DNA from: Candidatus Hodarchaeota archaeon
Lineage (GTDB): Archaea; Asgardarchaeota; Lokiarchaeia; Sigyniarchaeales; SOKP01
Direction: 5' to 3'
DNA: 64,000 nucleotides
NCBI GenBank assembly: GCA_048886685.1
Contig: JBHLKM010000001.1
Location: forward strand, 256,001-320,000
Shown here: one piece after another, positions 39,299 through 49,998 of the stretch
Numbering within the stretch: the first letter of the stretch is position 1
How the letters are laid out: each line of letters begins with the position of its first letter
Made by a program: the position numbers and the translations under genes
The notes under the pieces: generated by a model
The model's database searches: none
Told to the model about the DNA's origin: nothing
Seen by the model: the letters and a program-made list of their open reading frames with translations, nothing else

Positions 39299-40168
39299 TT
39301 AACTAAGTATATTATTAAATGAAATTGTCAATTTTTGGGGAAATTCCCCAAAATAACTCTGAGGATCAGCGAAAAGCAAATAAAAATATGGTTCGAATAA
39401 AGTTTCTTCGACTGTAGGTCCAACTCCTGATTTAATTATGCAGACTTGAATTTGTTCATCAGAAAAGAACGAAGTCCTATAAATCCATTCAAATGGAGCA
39501 ATATTGGGTATGAATCCAATACGTCTTAAAATTTCATTTATATTTTCCAGAGAATATTTCTTTCCGTAAGCAGTAATAGGGGAAAGATCAAAGGAGGTTA
39601 TACATATACCTAATAAACCGTACTCCTTCATTTCACTTAAAAAGTCATTTGCTGCGCGTTTAATTTCACTTTGATGATCTAAAACAATTTTTCTTGCTTT
39701 TGAATCAGTTAAAATTTCTATAATTTTGCTTTCTTCATTTTCTAAAATCGCGTCAGCCGAGTCAAGTGGCGTTTTGGCATTAATAAAATTATTATAAATT
39801 AGTTTAATTTTTTCTTTAACTGATTTATGCAACAAAAAAGACTCAGTCTGAGCTGTAATCAGTACATCTCCTTCAAATGGGTTTTTATCATTGTTTTTTT
39901 TAGGTTTTTCAGTTGATTTTTTAGCTTTAAATTCTAATCTCTCAATTTTTTTATCAATATTTCGAGCAAATTCGAATAATGCGGATATTAAACCGGCGGT
40001 TAGATCGAATTTTGATTCAGAATCTAATTGTTCGTGAACGGTGGATTGATCCGTCGAAAAATCAAAAAATCTAAGAAAAATTTTTACGCCTTCAGGTACT
40101 GGGTTAATTATTGTATTATAATATGGGAAACCTGTAGTCGAGATGATGCTTAGTTCGTATATTGTCAT
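39299..40168 (-). CDS. Hypothetical protein, probable longin/roadblock-like domains
   Basis: IYELSIISTTGFPYY and LTAGLISALFEFARNIDKKIERLEF resemble longin strand 1-2 and helix 1; a second alpha/beta unit follows. Confidence 0.5.
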   Translation of the reverse strand: MTIYELSIISTTGFPYYNTIINPVPEGVKIFLRFFDFSTDQSTVHEQLDSESKFDLTAGLISALFEFARNIDKKIERLEFKAKKSTEKPKKNNDKNPFEGDVLITAQTESFLLHKSVKEKIKLIYNNFINAKTPLDSADAILENEESKIIEILTDSKARKIVLDHQSEIKRAANDFLSEMKEYGLLGICITSFDLSPITAYGKKYSLENINEILRRIGFIPNIAPFEWIYRTSFFSDEQIQVCIIKSGVGPTVEETLFEPYFYLLFADPQSYFGEFPQKLTISFNNILS

Positions 40169-40331
40169 ATGTATTAAGGGCCCCAGTAAATTTGCTTTGA
40201 AATTAATTTAACCCATTCTTTAATTAGATTTAATGTTTTCTCAATAAAAATAATTTTTTTAATCTTAAGTTAATAAAATACAACAAAAAATAACGATTTT
40301 AAAAGAAAATTAAAAGGAATTATATAATTTC

Positions 40332-43121
40332 TTAATTAATAACAATAGCAGGTTTACCTGGGAGAGATTGTGCTGCTTTTGGTTCTTCTGAATCTTTTTC
40401 AAACATAATATTAACCGCACATTGATACTTTTTTTCAATAAGAGGTTTAATATCATCGAAAAACTGATATTCATCTTTAGATGAAATTGTATATTTAGGA
40501 TATTTTCCAACGTTCTTTATTATTCTGCCCACAATTTTACCAATTTGTTTACTATGCGTCTTGTTCTCATCATCTTGCATTAATTTTTTCATAATTTCTC
40601 CTTGATTCTTAGTTTCTTCTATTATTGACATTAATGATTTATAAAATTTCAACTTCCAATTATCAGCAATAATTAGTGAGATAGATTTTAATTCCTCTTT
40701 TTTCATTACTGTTTTTATCTTATTGAGATCTTCTAAGATATTATTCATTAATTTCCATTTATAATCTGATTCTTGATTGAGAAGTTTTTCATTATAGGTT
40801 GGCCATTTCGCCAAACTCAAATATCCCTCTTTATCTATAGATTCCCAGATTTCCTCTGTCATATGAGGTGCTATTGGATGAAGCAATAAAACCAACGTTT
40901 TTTTACATTCTTCGAAAATTTCTTTATTTACACCCTCAGCTTTATATTTACCAAATTCTGAAGTGAATTGTATTAAATTATTAACGGCATTTCTAATTGC
41001 GATTTTATTCATATTTTCTGTGAATTCTTTAATGGTTTTATTCAAATAATACCGGATTAATGTATCTCGTATATTTATATCATCTCTTATAGTATCTGGG
41101 GAGTCATTTAACAACATAAATGTATTCTTAATGAATCTGTGAGCATAGTCAACACCCTCTTCAGACCATTCTAATCCTGACGATGGACTTGCTCCAAATA
41201 GTATAAAAAATCTTGCAGCGTCTGCCCCGTACTTTTCAATAATTTCTCCAGGATTTACAGTATTTCCATAACTTTTACTCATCTTTACTGACTTTTGAAT
41301 AAGATCTGTATTACCACATATTTTACATTTCATTTGGGCTAAATCGGCTTTCATGAGAAACGCATTACAGTTAGGACAATAAGGATGCAGTTTATTTATC
41401 ATTCCTTGGGTCAACAATGCCTGAAATGGTTCATCAAATTTGTGAAGTCCTAAATCTCTCGCTACTTTTGTAAAAAATCTAGCGTATATTAAGTGCATAA
41501 CAGCATGCTCTATACCCCCAATATATTGATCTACGTTACCCCAATAATTAATGATATCTTTGCTATAAGGAATATTTGCTTCAACGGAGGGTGGATCACA
41601 AAATGCAAAGAAATACCAAGAACTATCAACAAATGTGTCCATAGTATCAGTTTCGCGTTTTGCATTTTTGCCACATGTAGGACATTTTGTATTGAGAAAA
41701 CTTTCGCTTGTTTCTAGTGGATTACCTACTTTAGCAAAACTAACATCTTTAGGTAAATATACAGGTAAATCTTCATATGGTACAGGAACCATACCACACT
41801 TATCGCAATATACTACGGGAATCGGGCAACCCCAATAACGTTGACGTGAAATCCCCCAATCTCTCAGCTTATAATTTATTGTGGCAGATCCCATATTATT
41901 TTGATTTAATTTATCAGTTATCGCATCAATAGCAGAGCGATTTTCCATACCACTAAATTCTTCTGAATTTACAAGAACTCCATCACCTTCATAGGCTCGA
42001 GTCATCTTAGTTACGTTCAACTCATAGTCATGTGGCTGAATTACTATCCTTATTGGAATCTCATATTCAGTTGCAAACTCAAAATCTCTTTGGTCATGTG
42101 CAGGGACAGCCATAACAGCACCTGCTCCATATTCATAAATAACGAAATTGCCTATATATATAGGTATTTCTTCATTGTTTATTGGATTAATAGCACTTTT
42201 TCCAATGAACATACCTTTTTTCTCTATTTCAATATCGGTTCTTTCAAATCTATCTTGATGCATTACTTCATCATATAATTTCTCAAAGCCTTTCTCATAT
42301 TCCGTACCATTCATCCACTCACGGACCCATGGATGTTCTGGGGCAAAAACCATAAATGTTACTCCATAAAGTGTATCAGGTCTCGTAGTAAATATATCAA
42401 TAGTCCTTTTTTCACCTACAATTGGGAATTTTATAATAGTACCTTCCGATTTTCCAATCCAATTTCGTTGCATTATCTTCACTTTTTCAGGCCAATCAAC
42501 GATATTTAGCCCTTCGAGCAATTCTTCCGCATATTCTCGTATTTTAAAAAACCATTGAGATAAGAACTTTTGATCAACTACTGAATTGCACCTCCAGCAT
42601 CTTCCTCCTTGGGCCTGCTCGTTAGCTAAGACTGTGGCACACTTCGGACACCAATTAACGTAACTCTCTTGCTTATACGCTAATCCCTTCTCTAACATCT
42701 GCAAGAAAAACCATTGATCCCATTTATAGAAGTTAGGGTTGTGACTACATATTTCTCTTGTCCAATCATATGAGAGACCTATCCTTTTTTGTTGATTTTT
42801 CATTGTTTCTATATTCTTATTAGTCCATTCTTCTGGATTAGCACCATGATCTATCGCTGCATTTTCTGCAGGCATTCCGAACGAATCATAACCCATTGGA
42901 TAGATGACATTAAATCCATTCATTCTTTTAAATCTAGCATAGCAATCACCAATCGTGTAATTTCTAAGATGACCCATATGGAGTTTACCAGAAGGATATG
43001 GATACATTTCTAATACGTAGTATTTTTCCTTTTTCGGATTCACTTTAACTTCAAAAATTTTTTCTTTTTCCCACTTTTCTTGCCATTTCTTTTCTATTTT
43101 TTCTGGGTCATATTCAACCAT
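40332..43121 (-). CDS. leuS: Leucyl-tRNA synthetase (bacterial-type core)
   Basis: LEMYPYPSGKLHMGH, FTTRPDT, GAVMAVPAHDQRD, DWGISRQRYWG, YIGGIEHA and KMSKS. Confidence 0.97.
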   Translation of the reverse strand: MVEYDPEKIEKKWQEKWEKEKIFEVKVNPKKEKYYVLEMYPYPSGKLHMGHLRNYTIGDCYARFKRMNGFNVIYPMGYDSFGMPAENAAIDHGANPEEWTNKNIETMKNQQKRIGLSYDWTREICSHNPNFYKWDQWFFLQMLEKGLAYKQESYVNWCPKCATVLANEQAQGGRCWRCNSVVDQKFLSQWFFKIREYAEELLEGLNIVDWPEKVKIMQRNWIGKSEGTIIKFPIVGEKRTIDIFTTRPDTLYGVTFMVFAPEHPWVREWMNGTEYEKGFEKLYDEVMHQDRFERTDIEIEKKGMFIGKSAINPINNEEIPIYIGNFVIYEYGAGAVMAVPAHDQRDFEFATEYEIPIRIVIQPHDYELNVTKMTRAYEGDGVLVNSEEFSGMENRSAIDAITDKLNQNNMGSATINYKLRDWGISRQRYWGCPIPVVYCDKCGMVPVPYEDLPVYLPKDVSFAKVGNPLETSESFLNTKCPTCGKNAKRETDTMDTFVDSSWYFFAFCDPPSVEANIPYSKDIINYWGNVDQYIGGIEHAVMHLIYARFFTKVARDLGLHKFDEPFQALLTQGMINKLHPYCPNCNAFLMKADLAQMKCKICGNTDLIQKSVKMSKSYGNTVNPGEIIEKYGADAARFFILFGASPSSGLEWSEEGVDYAHRFIKNTFMLLNDSPDTIRDDINIRDTLIRYYLNKTIKEFTENMNKIAIRNAVNNLIQFTSEFGKYKAEGVNKEIFEECKKTLVLLLHPIAPHMTEEIWESIDKEGYLSLAKWPTYNEKLLNQESDYKWKLMNNILEDLNKIKTVMKKEELKSISLIIADNWKLKFYKSLMSIIEETKNQGEIMKKLMQDDENKTHSKQIGKIVGRIIKNVGKYPKYTISSKDEYQFFDDIKPLIEKKYQCAVNIMFEKDSEEPKAAQSLPGKPAIVIN

Positions 43122-43310
43122 AAAACAACCACTTTTCTTCTAAAATTAAGGGATATACATAATATTTAATATTCTAATAATTGATACAATAAATTTTTTA
43201 TGGAGTCACTTTTACTAAGAAAATCTTGTTATTTCATAAAATAGGATTAATTATATTGAATAAGAAAATTATAATTTGAAGCAATAAAACTTAATATTTC
43301 ATTCTTACTA

Positions 43311-44321
43311 GTGAGAGTTGTGAATATAGAAAAAATAAGAGTATCTGTTGGGAGTGCTTCTGTTTTAGGGTTAGGGACAATGGTAAAATTCAAAGATCCC
43401 CCTACTACATGTTATATTATGACTTATAAGGAGGGCTATTGTACTGCAAATTGTGGTTTTTGCCCACAAGCACGCTCTTCAAAAGGTTCGGAGGAAATGC
43501 TTTCTCGAGTTAATTGGCCAATATTTCCTTTCAAAGAATTCTTAACAAAATTAAAATATTTACCTCCCTTAAAAAAATTTAAAAGAATTTGTATTCAAAC
43601 TCTAAATTATCCTGAAAATTTTACAGACCTAATAAAAATCATAACTCAAATTAGAAGTAATATTGATGTTCCTATATCTGTAGCAATACCTCCCCTATCA
43701 AAAGAAAATTTAGAGGAATTGAAACTAATTGGTGTTCAAAGAGTAGGAATTGCCTTAGATGGTACAACTCCTGAAATTTTTGATAAAATCAAAGGTGATG
43801 GAGTTAATGGGCCTTATAGATGGGATGAACACCTTAATAAAATGATTGAGGCACTGGACATTTTCTCAGAAGGATTTGTAAGCACCCACCTAATAATTGG
43901 ATTAGGAGAAACAGAAAGAGACGTAATAGAACGTATTTATGAGTTACATAATTTAAAAATTCTCATATCACTTTTTGCTTTTACTCCAATAAAAGGAACG
44001 AAACTCGAACACGTAAATCAACCATCTCTTCTGAGTTTTAGAAAGTTACAATTAGGAAGATATCTTATAGTCAATAAAGATAAAAAATTAAACGATTTCA
44101 CTTTTAATATGCAAGGAAATCTTATCAACATAAATATCAGCAAATTGGAATTAAAAAATATCATCAATGACACTAATGCTTTCTTAACTTCGGGATGTCC
44201 AGGATGTAATCGCCCGTATTATACTTCAAAACCATCAGGTCCTATTTATAATTATCCAAGAGAATTAACTGAAAAAGAAAAAGAAGAAATCTATGAATTA
44301 TTGCACAAAATAGTATATTAA
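43311..44321 (+). CDS. lipS2: Archaeal-type lipoyl synthase radical SAM subunit LipS2
   Basis: CTANCGFCPQ, LSRVNWP and C-terminal TSGCPGCNRP; adjacent to the lipoate ligase. Confidence 0.85.
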   Translation: MRVVNIEKIRVSVGSASVLGLGTMVKFKDPPTTCYIMTYKEGYCTANCGFCPQARSSKGSEEMLSRVNWPIFPFKEFLTKLKYLPPLKKFKRICIQTLNYPENFTDLIKIITQIRSNIDVPISVAIPPLSKENLEELKLIGVQRVGIALDGTTPEIFDKIKGDGVNGPYRWDEHLNKMIEALDIFSEGFVSTHLIIGLGETERDVIERIYELHNLKILISLFAFTPIKGTKLEHVNQPSLLSFRKLQLGRYLIVNKDKKLNDFTFNMQGNLININISKLELKNIINDTNAFLTSGCPGCNRPYYTSKPSGPIYNYPRELTEKEKEEIYELLHKIVY

Positions 44322-44338
44322 AAATGATTTGAATAGAT

Positions 44339-45118
44339 ATGAAGATATGGCGTTATTTACCTTTAGAAGTTAGAAATGGTTTTTGGAACATGGCATTAGA
44401 TGAAGCCATCTTAAAAATGGCAATTGAGAAGAAATCACCTTACACTCTAAGATTTTATAAATGGAAACCATCAACAGCGAGTATAGGAAGAAATCAAAGT
44501 TTAAGTAATGAAATTGATACTAACTTTGCTGAAGAAAAAGGATTTAATATTGTTAGAAGGATAACTGGAGGGGGTGCTGTTTTTCACGATGAAAATAGAG
44601 AAATTACGTATTCAATTGTTTGTCCTATAAAATTTCTAGAGAATTTGGGTGCTAATAAGGTGATAGAACAGTTTGAGATTATCACACATGGAATTATCAT
44701 AGGACTTACATTTTATGGTTTAAAAACTGAAAAAGATATTATTCATTGTCCTGCAATTCTATTAGATGGAAAAAAATTTTCTGGGAATGCGCAGGTTAGA
44801 AAAAAAGGGTATATTCTTCAACATGGTACTATATTATTAGATATCGATCCAGAATTGATGTATTCTGTGTTAAAAGCACCTGAGAATGTTGGGAAGTCTC
44901 GGATGGTCAGATCTGTACGTGCTAAATGTATTGGAATTAAAAACCATTTACAAGATTTCAATGAAGAAGAGTTGATAAATTCTTTGAAACGTGGCTTCCA
45001 ACAGTCTTTAGGAATAGAAATGAAAGAGAATATTTTTTCCGAAGATGAGTTAAATTTAGCAGAAAGGCTTATGAAAAAAAAATACTCAAATTTAAAATGG
45101 TTGAATAAGTATGAGTAG
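44339..45118 (+). CDS. lplA: Lipoate/octanoate-protein ligase (LplA/LipM family)
   Basis: NMALDEA, RRITGGGAVFHD, KKFSGNAQ and LQHGT. Confidence 0.9.
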   Translation: MKIWRYLPLEVRNGFWNMALDEAILKMAIEKKSPYTLRFYKWKPSTASIGRNQSLSNEIDTNFAEEKGFNIVRRITGGGAVFHDENREITYSIVCPIKFLENLGANKVIEQFEIITHGIIIGLTFYGLKTEKDIIHCPAILLDGKKFSGNAQVRKKGYILQHGTILLDIDPELMYSVLKAPENVGKSRMVRSVRAKCIGIKNHLQDFNEEELINSLKRGFQQSLGIEMKENIFSEDELNLAERLMKKKYSNLKWLNKYE

Positions 45119-46172
45119 GACTGAAGAGTTATTAGATAAAATGGAATCAGGAGACGCAAACTGGTCTGATTATTCAGATTTTTTAAAATTGGAATCCAAA
45201 GATTTAGAGCTATTTTTCAACCTTGCCCAGAGTATTACAATGAGGAATTTTGGAAATATTTTAAAAATATATAATCCTACGGGTAAATTCCCTGCTATTA
45301 GTATAACAGGGAGTAATTGTGCGTTAGAATGTGAGCATTGTAATAAAAAATATTTGAAAGGGATGAAACCAATATTAGAGAATAATGATTTAGAATTATT
45401 TTTAATGGAACTTTCTGCAAAAAATGGAGTAGGGGCATTAATTTCCGGTGGAAGCGAATTGGATGGTTCAGTGCCCTTACTCAATTTCTTAGATACCATA
45501 AAAAAGGTGAAAAAAGAAACAAATTTAATTATCAATACCCATACAGGATTATTGAAAGAAAAGACAGCAGAAAAACTTGCTGAAGCTAATGTTGATATTA
45601 TTTCTTTTGATATCAACATGGATGAAGAAGTTGTGAAGAATGTCTATCATTTAGACATTGACATAGACGAATATAGAAAAGCAATAGAGCTATTGAAAAG
45701 ATATAATCTAAATATTGTGCCACATATATGTGTTGGTTTATGGTATGGGAGACTTAATAAAGAGTTAGAATCGTTAAAATTTATTAAAGAAAATCTCCCA
45801 GATCCTTCTTTAATAGTAGTGATTGTTTTAATCCCACCGAATAACTCTAAAACAAAATTTGAGACACCTCAACCAGAGGTTATAGCAAAAGTAATCTCTA
45901 TGATTAGGTTTCTTTTTCCTTTATCAGAGATTTCACTGGGTTGCATGAGACCTCGAGGTAAGATTAAAACAGAGGTTGAGAAAATGGCATTAAAAGCGGG
46001 AATAACAAGGATCGAAATTCCTTCTAGAGATACTTTAAAATGGTTGAGAAAACATAGACCTGAAATTCTATTTAAGTTTTATTCTGCTTGTTGTGCAATT
46101 CCAGAGAAATATGAAAAACTAGCAGAAAGTAAGAAATCTGATATTAAAGGATATTTAAGCATCATAAACTGA
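45111..46172 (+). CDS. lipS1: Archaeal-type lipoyl synthase radical SAM subunit LipS1
   Basis: ISITGSNCALECEHC, LISGG, NTHTG, VPHI, LGCMRP and terminal ACCA. Confidence 0.85.
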   Translation: MSRTEELLDKMESGDANWSDYSDFLKLESKDLELFFNLAQSITMRNFGNILKIYNPTGKFPAISITGSNCALECEHCNKKYLKGMKPILENNDLELFLMELSAKNGVGALISGGSELDGSVPLLNFLDTIKKVKKETNLIINTHTGLLKEKTAEKLAEANVDIISFDINMDEEVVKNVYHLDIDIDEYRKAIELLKRYNLNIVPHICVGLWYGRLNKELESLKFIKENLPDPSLIVVIVLIPPNNSKTKFETPQPEVIAKVISMIRFLFPLSEISLGCMRPRGKIKTEVEKMALKAGITRIEIPSRDTLKWLRKHRPEILFKFYSACCAIPEKYEKLAESKKSDIKGYLSIIN

Positions 46173-46178
46173 TTTATT

Positions 46179-47591
46179 ATGAATTTTGAAAATGGAATAG
46201 AATTAATTGGTTTAGAAGATATCCCAATAGTTAAGAAAGATGATGATATTGCGAAGATTATAATCGAGAGCTTAAATAAAATGGATCTTTCTTTATTTGA
46301 TGGTGATATACTTGTAATTGCTCAGTCATTAATATCTAAAAGCAATGGTCGAACTAGAAATTTAAATCATATCACGCCTAGTGAAAAAGCTCTCGAAATT
46401 TTCAAAATTATTACCCCAAAATCAAAAAGTCAGGGACTGCCATTAAAAGATCCTAAATTAATCCAATTAATTCTTGATGAATCGAAAGAGATAATAAAAG
46501 CTGAACATGTATTAATAACCGAAACAAAACACGGTTTTATTTGCGCTGATGCGGGAATAGATAAATCTAACATTGAAGGAAAGGAGATAGTGTCATTATT
46601 ACCAGAAGATCCAGATCAAGATGCTGAAAAAATAAGAAAAAGACTTAAGAAGGAAACCTCTAAAGAGATAGCAATAATTATTTCAGACTCTTTTGGGAGA
46701 TCATTTAGAATAGGGGCTGTAGGAACAGCGATTGGAGTTTCTGGTATAAATCCAATTTTGGATATGCGAGGAAAAAAAGATTTATTTGGATATGAACTTC
46801 AAACTACCATAACTGGACAAGTGGATAGTCTTGCTTCAGCTGCTCAATTAGTAATGGGCGAAGCTAATGAGGGAATTCCTGTAGTTTTAATAAGAGGGTA
46901 TAAATTTGAAATAAACGAGAACGCAACAATCAAATCTATATTAAGAAAGAAAGCTATTGATTTGTTTCGGGAGCCGATGCAGGAGAAATTAATTACCTAT
47001 ATGAAAAGTCGAAGAAGTTATAAACTTCCTTTTGAAAATAAATATGTAGATAAACAAATTATTGAGGATTGCATTGAAATAGCAAGGTGGGCACCAAGTG
47101 CCCATAATGGGCAATATTGGAGATACATCGTTATAGAAAAACTAGAAGTGCGAGAGAAGTTAATTAATAATATGAATCAAAAGTTAAGGAATGATTTAAT
47201 AAATGATGGTAAATCAGAAGATTTTATTGAAGTTAAAGTGAATAAATCTAAAAAAAATTTCTTAGATGCGCCGATTTTAATTTTGTTATGTTTAGACAAC
47301 ACGGAGTTAGAAAAATATCCAGATAATGAACGATTAGAAAATGAATTCATTTTAGGTGTTCAAAGCATTAGTAGTTCAGCAACATATTTACTCCTTGCTT
47401 TTGAGATTAAAAAGTTAGCAGCATGCTGGTATTGCGCTCCTTTATTTGCTAAGGATATAATAAAAAGTACGCTTAATCTCCCTGAATCATATGTGCCAAT
47501 GGCCTTTTTTACTGTGGGATATCCTCTAAAAACAATTCAAGCCCCACCCCGCAGAGAACTCAAAGAGATAATATATAAACTAAAAGCTTAA
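46179..47591 (+). CDS. cofE: F420-0:gamma-glutamyl ligase CofE fused to a C-terminal nitroreductase domain (FbiB-like)
   Basis: ISKSNG, ADAGIDKSN, ISDSFGRSFR and VMGEANEGIPVVLIRG; then SRRSYK, ARWAPSAHNGQYWR and VGYP. Confidence 0.92.
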   Translation: MNFENGIELIGLEDIPIVKKDDDIAKIIIESLNKMDLSLFDGDILVIAQSLISKSNGRTRNLNHITPSEKALEIFKIITPKSKSQGLPLKDPKLIQLILDESKEIIKAEHVLITETKHGFICADAGIDKSNIEGKEIVSLLPEDPDQDAEKIRKRLKKETSKEIAIIISDSFGRSFRIGAVGTAIGVSGINPILDMRGKKDLFGYELQTTITGQVDSLASAAQLVMGEANEGIPVVLIRGYKFEINENATIKSILRKKAIDLFREPMQEKLITYMKSRRSYKLPFENKYVDKQIIEDCIEIARWAPSAHNGQYWRYIVIEKLEVREKLINNMNQKLRNDLINDGKSEDFIEVKVNKSKKNFLDAPILILLCLDNTELEKYPDNERLENEFILGVQSISSSATYLLLAFEIKKLAACWYCAPLFAKDIIKSTLNLPESYVPMAFFTVGYPLKTIQAPPRRELKEIIYKLKA

Positions 47592-47606
47592 GAGTGGATA
47601 TAAAGA

Positions 47607-48542
47607 ATGGGCGAAAAATACTATTTAATATTAGCTGGAGGCGTTGGAGCAGCTAAATTAATTGAAGGAATTGCTAACATCATCAACCAAGAAATGTTAA
47701 AAATTATTGTAAACACTGGTGATGATATTGAATTATTTGGTCTAAAAATATGTCCTGATTTAGATATAATTACCTACACTCTAGCAGGTGTAGTTGATAA
47801 AGAAAAAGGATGGGGTTTTGCTGGAGAAACATTTAACTGCTTAAGTATTCTTAAGAATTATTATGAAACAGGGTGGTTTAAGGCGGGGGATAAAGATTTA
47901 GCTACACATATCTATCGTACAGATTTATTTCGAAAAGGATTTAATAAAACCCAAATAACAGAGATGATTTGTAAAAACTTAGGAGTAAAATCTCAGCTCA
48001 TCCCTATGTGTAATGAACCAGTTGAAACATACATAAAAACTCCATCTGATTTTATGCACTTCGAAGAATATTTTATAAAATATCGCTGTGAGCCAGAAGT
48101 CTTGAATATTGAGTTTAAGGGAATTAATAAAGCTGCGCCAATAGAAAAAACTTTTGAACATATTAATAAAGCTAAAAAAATTATTATCTGTCCCTCTAAT
48201 CCAATCGTATCAATAGGAACAATATTGCAAATAAAAGGTATCAGGAAAGCTCTTTCAGAAGTTAAGAAAAAAGTATATGGAATTAGTCCTATTATTGAAG
48301 GAGTAACAGTTAAAGGTCCTGCTGATAAACTAATGAAATGCCTTGGTTTAGAAGTCTCATGTGTGGGGGTTGCTAAATTCTACCAAGATTTTTTAGGACA
48401 TTTCATTATAGACAATAAAGATTTCAAACTAAAATCTAGAATCGAAGAATTAGGAATTAAAACTTATTGTTTTGACACCTTAATGATAAATTTAAAGAAA
48501 AAGATGGAATTAGCACGGTTTATACTTAATTTAAATCAATAA
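47607..48542 (+). CDS. cofD: 2-phospho-L-lactate/PEP transferase CofD (FbiA)
   Basis: LAGGVGAAK, VNTGDD, ICPDLD, GDKDLATH, PSNPIVSIG and VKGPA. Confidence 0.95.
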   Translation: MGEKYYLILAGGVGAAKLIEGIANIINQEMLKIIVNTGDDIELFGLKICPDLDIITYTLAGVVDKEKGWGFAGETFNCLSILKNYYETGWFKAGDKDLATHIYRTDLFRKGFNKTQITEMICKNLGVKSQLIPMCNEPVETYIKTPSDFMHFEEYFIKYRCEPEVLNIEFKGINKAAPIEKTFEHINKAKKIIICPSNPIVSIGTILQIKGIRKALSEVKKKVYGISPIIEGVTVKGPADKLMKCLGLEVSCVGVAKFYQDFLGHFIIDNKDFKLKSRIEELGIKTYCFDTLMINLKKKMELARFILNLNQ

Positions 48543-48552
48543 GAGAAAATGA

Positions 48553-49995
48553 TTATACTGTTTCGGTTGTTACCGATTCAGTTGTTTCTTCTTTTTTTTC
48601 CTCTTTTTCAACTTGTTCTATTCTAACATAATCTCCCACGGAGGTAAGAAGTTCCTTAATTCGTCCTTCTTGTTGTAATCGTATTATCAAATTTCTATGT
48701 TTAACAAAAGAGATCAATTGAGACAATACAGGGAAAAGTAACATAATCGGTAGTAATAAAATAATTATCGCTTCAGGAGAAGCGTTCATTGCCACACTCT
48801 CTGTAATAGCATCTGGCAATTGAATCACTGTATTTAAAAACCAATGAGGATGCATTATGATAAAACTTATTATTAAGAGTAACCCAACACGATATGTGAA
48901 ATTTATCACTGTTGATATCGCCAAATTTCCAGCCCGAGGGGCAGAAGAACTCGCAGTGAGTGTATCTCTTGCTTCCCTATCCTCCTGAAAAAGACGATCT
49001 ATATATCTTCCAAGTCGCCTAGTTTTTGAAGCTGCAGTTACTAATTTTTTCTCTTCCTCTTCTAATTTACGTCTTTCGATCATTTCCTTTACATAAGAAA
49101 ATCGTTTACCAGTTCGTGCAAAAAATTTGCCTATAACTATTCCTTCTTTTTGCTCTAATTCTATTTCTTCCATTCTTTTTTTAGCTTCTTCTCTAATTTT
49201 ATCAACGTTAGCGGTGATAAAATGAGATTCACGAGCTAAAATATTAAGTTGAGCTTCTAATCTATCGCTTCTTTCCAAAGATGGTTTTGTAACTGTATCA
49301 GTATAGTTTATTTGAAACGCTAACTCCAAATAAATGTAAGATATAATAGCAAAGCCAATAACCGGGCTTGCTATAAAGAGTATGAAATTGTCGATAGGAA
49401 TCTCGAATAAGCTAGGATCCAAAGGATCTGCCATCTGATCTAAATAATCAAAATGGAGACCAAATAAATCTAACATCTCCCTTAATTCAAAAACTATGAG
49501 AGGAACAACAATCATTAGAACTATCGAGCCAAGAGCAGTAAGATGGTTTTTTGGATCGCTTTTGAAGAAAGCTCTGATGGCATAAATAACTGAAACTACA
49601 AATAAGATTTGAAAGGCAAATAAATAGAGATCATTAAATAATACTTCTACTTCACTCATCATTAAATCAGGAATCTTACTTAATTCAGGTGTACCGATTG
49701 AAAACCAACTACTTAAGTATCTTTCAAAGAAAGTCTCTATAAATTGAAACATAAAGTTACCATAAGCACCCCCTGTAGCAGCAGCACAAAAGAATGCAAT
49801 TGCTAAACCCCCACCGTAAATCATATAGGAAAAAACATTTCTTAAAGCTCCAAAAAAGGCCAATATAACGAATTCATTTTCTGCTGTAGTGACCACAGCA
49901 TCAAAGTTAAAAATAGACAAGAAAAAGACGGTTAAGAGCCAAGAAAATACTCCTAAGTTAATTATTTTTAAGGTTAATAGATAACTTCTCACCAT
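48553..49995 (-). CDS. Multi-pass hypothetical membrane protein, last gene of the MoxR operon
   Basis: About 7 TM segments with a long charged cytoplasmic loop; 3 nt downstream of the DUF58 gene. Confidence 0.65.
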   Translation of the reverse strand: MVRSYLLTLKIINLGVFSWLLTVFFLSIFNFDAVVTTAENEFVILAFFGALRNVFSYMIYGGGLAIAFFCAAATGGAYGNFMFQFIETFFERYLSSWFSIGTPELSKIPDLMMSEVEVLFNDLYLFAFQILFVVSVIYAIRAFFKSDPKNHLTALGSIVLMIVVPLIVFELREMLDLFGLHFDYLDQMADPLDPSLFEIPIDNFILFIASPVIGFAIISYIYLELAFQINYTDTVTKPSLERSDRLEAQLNILARESHFITANVDKIREEAKKRMEEIELEQKEGIVIGKFFARTGKRFSYVKEMIERRKLEEEEKKLVTAASKTRRLGRYIDRLFQEDREARDTLTASSSAPRAGNLAISTVINFTYRVGLLLIISFIIMHPHWFLNTVIQLPDAITESVAMNASPEAIIILLLPIMLLFPVLSQLISFVKHRNLIIRLQQEGRIKELLTSVGDYVRIEQVEKEEKKEETTESVTTETV

Positions 49996-49998
49996 TCT

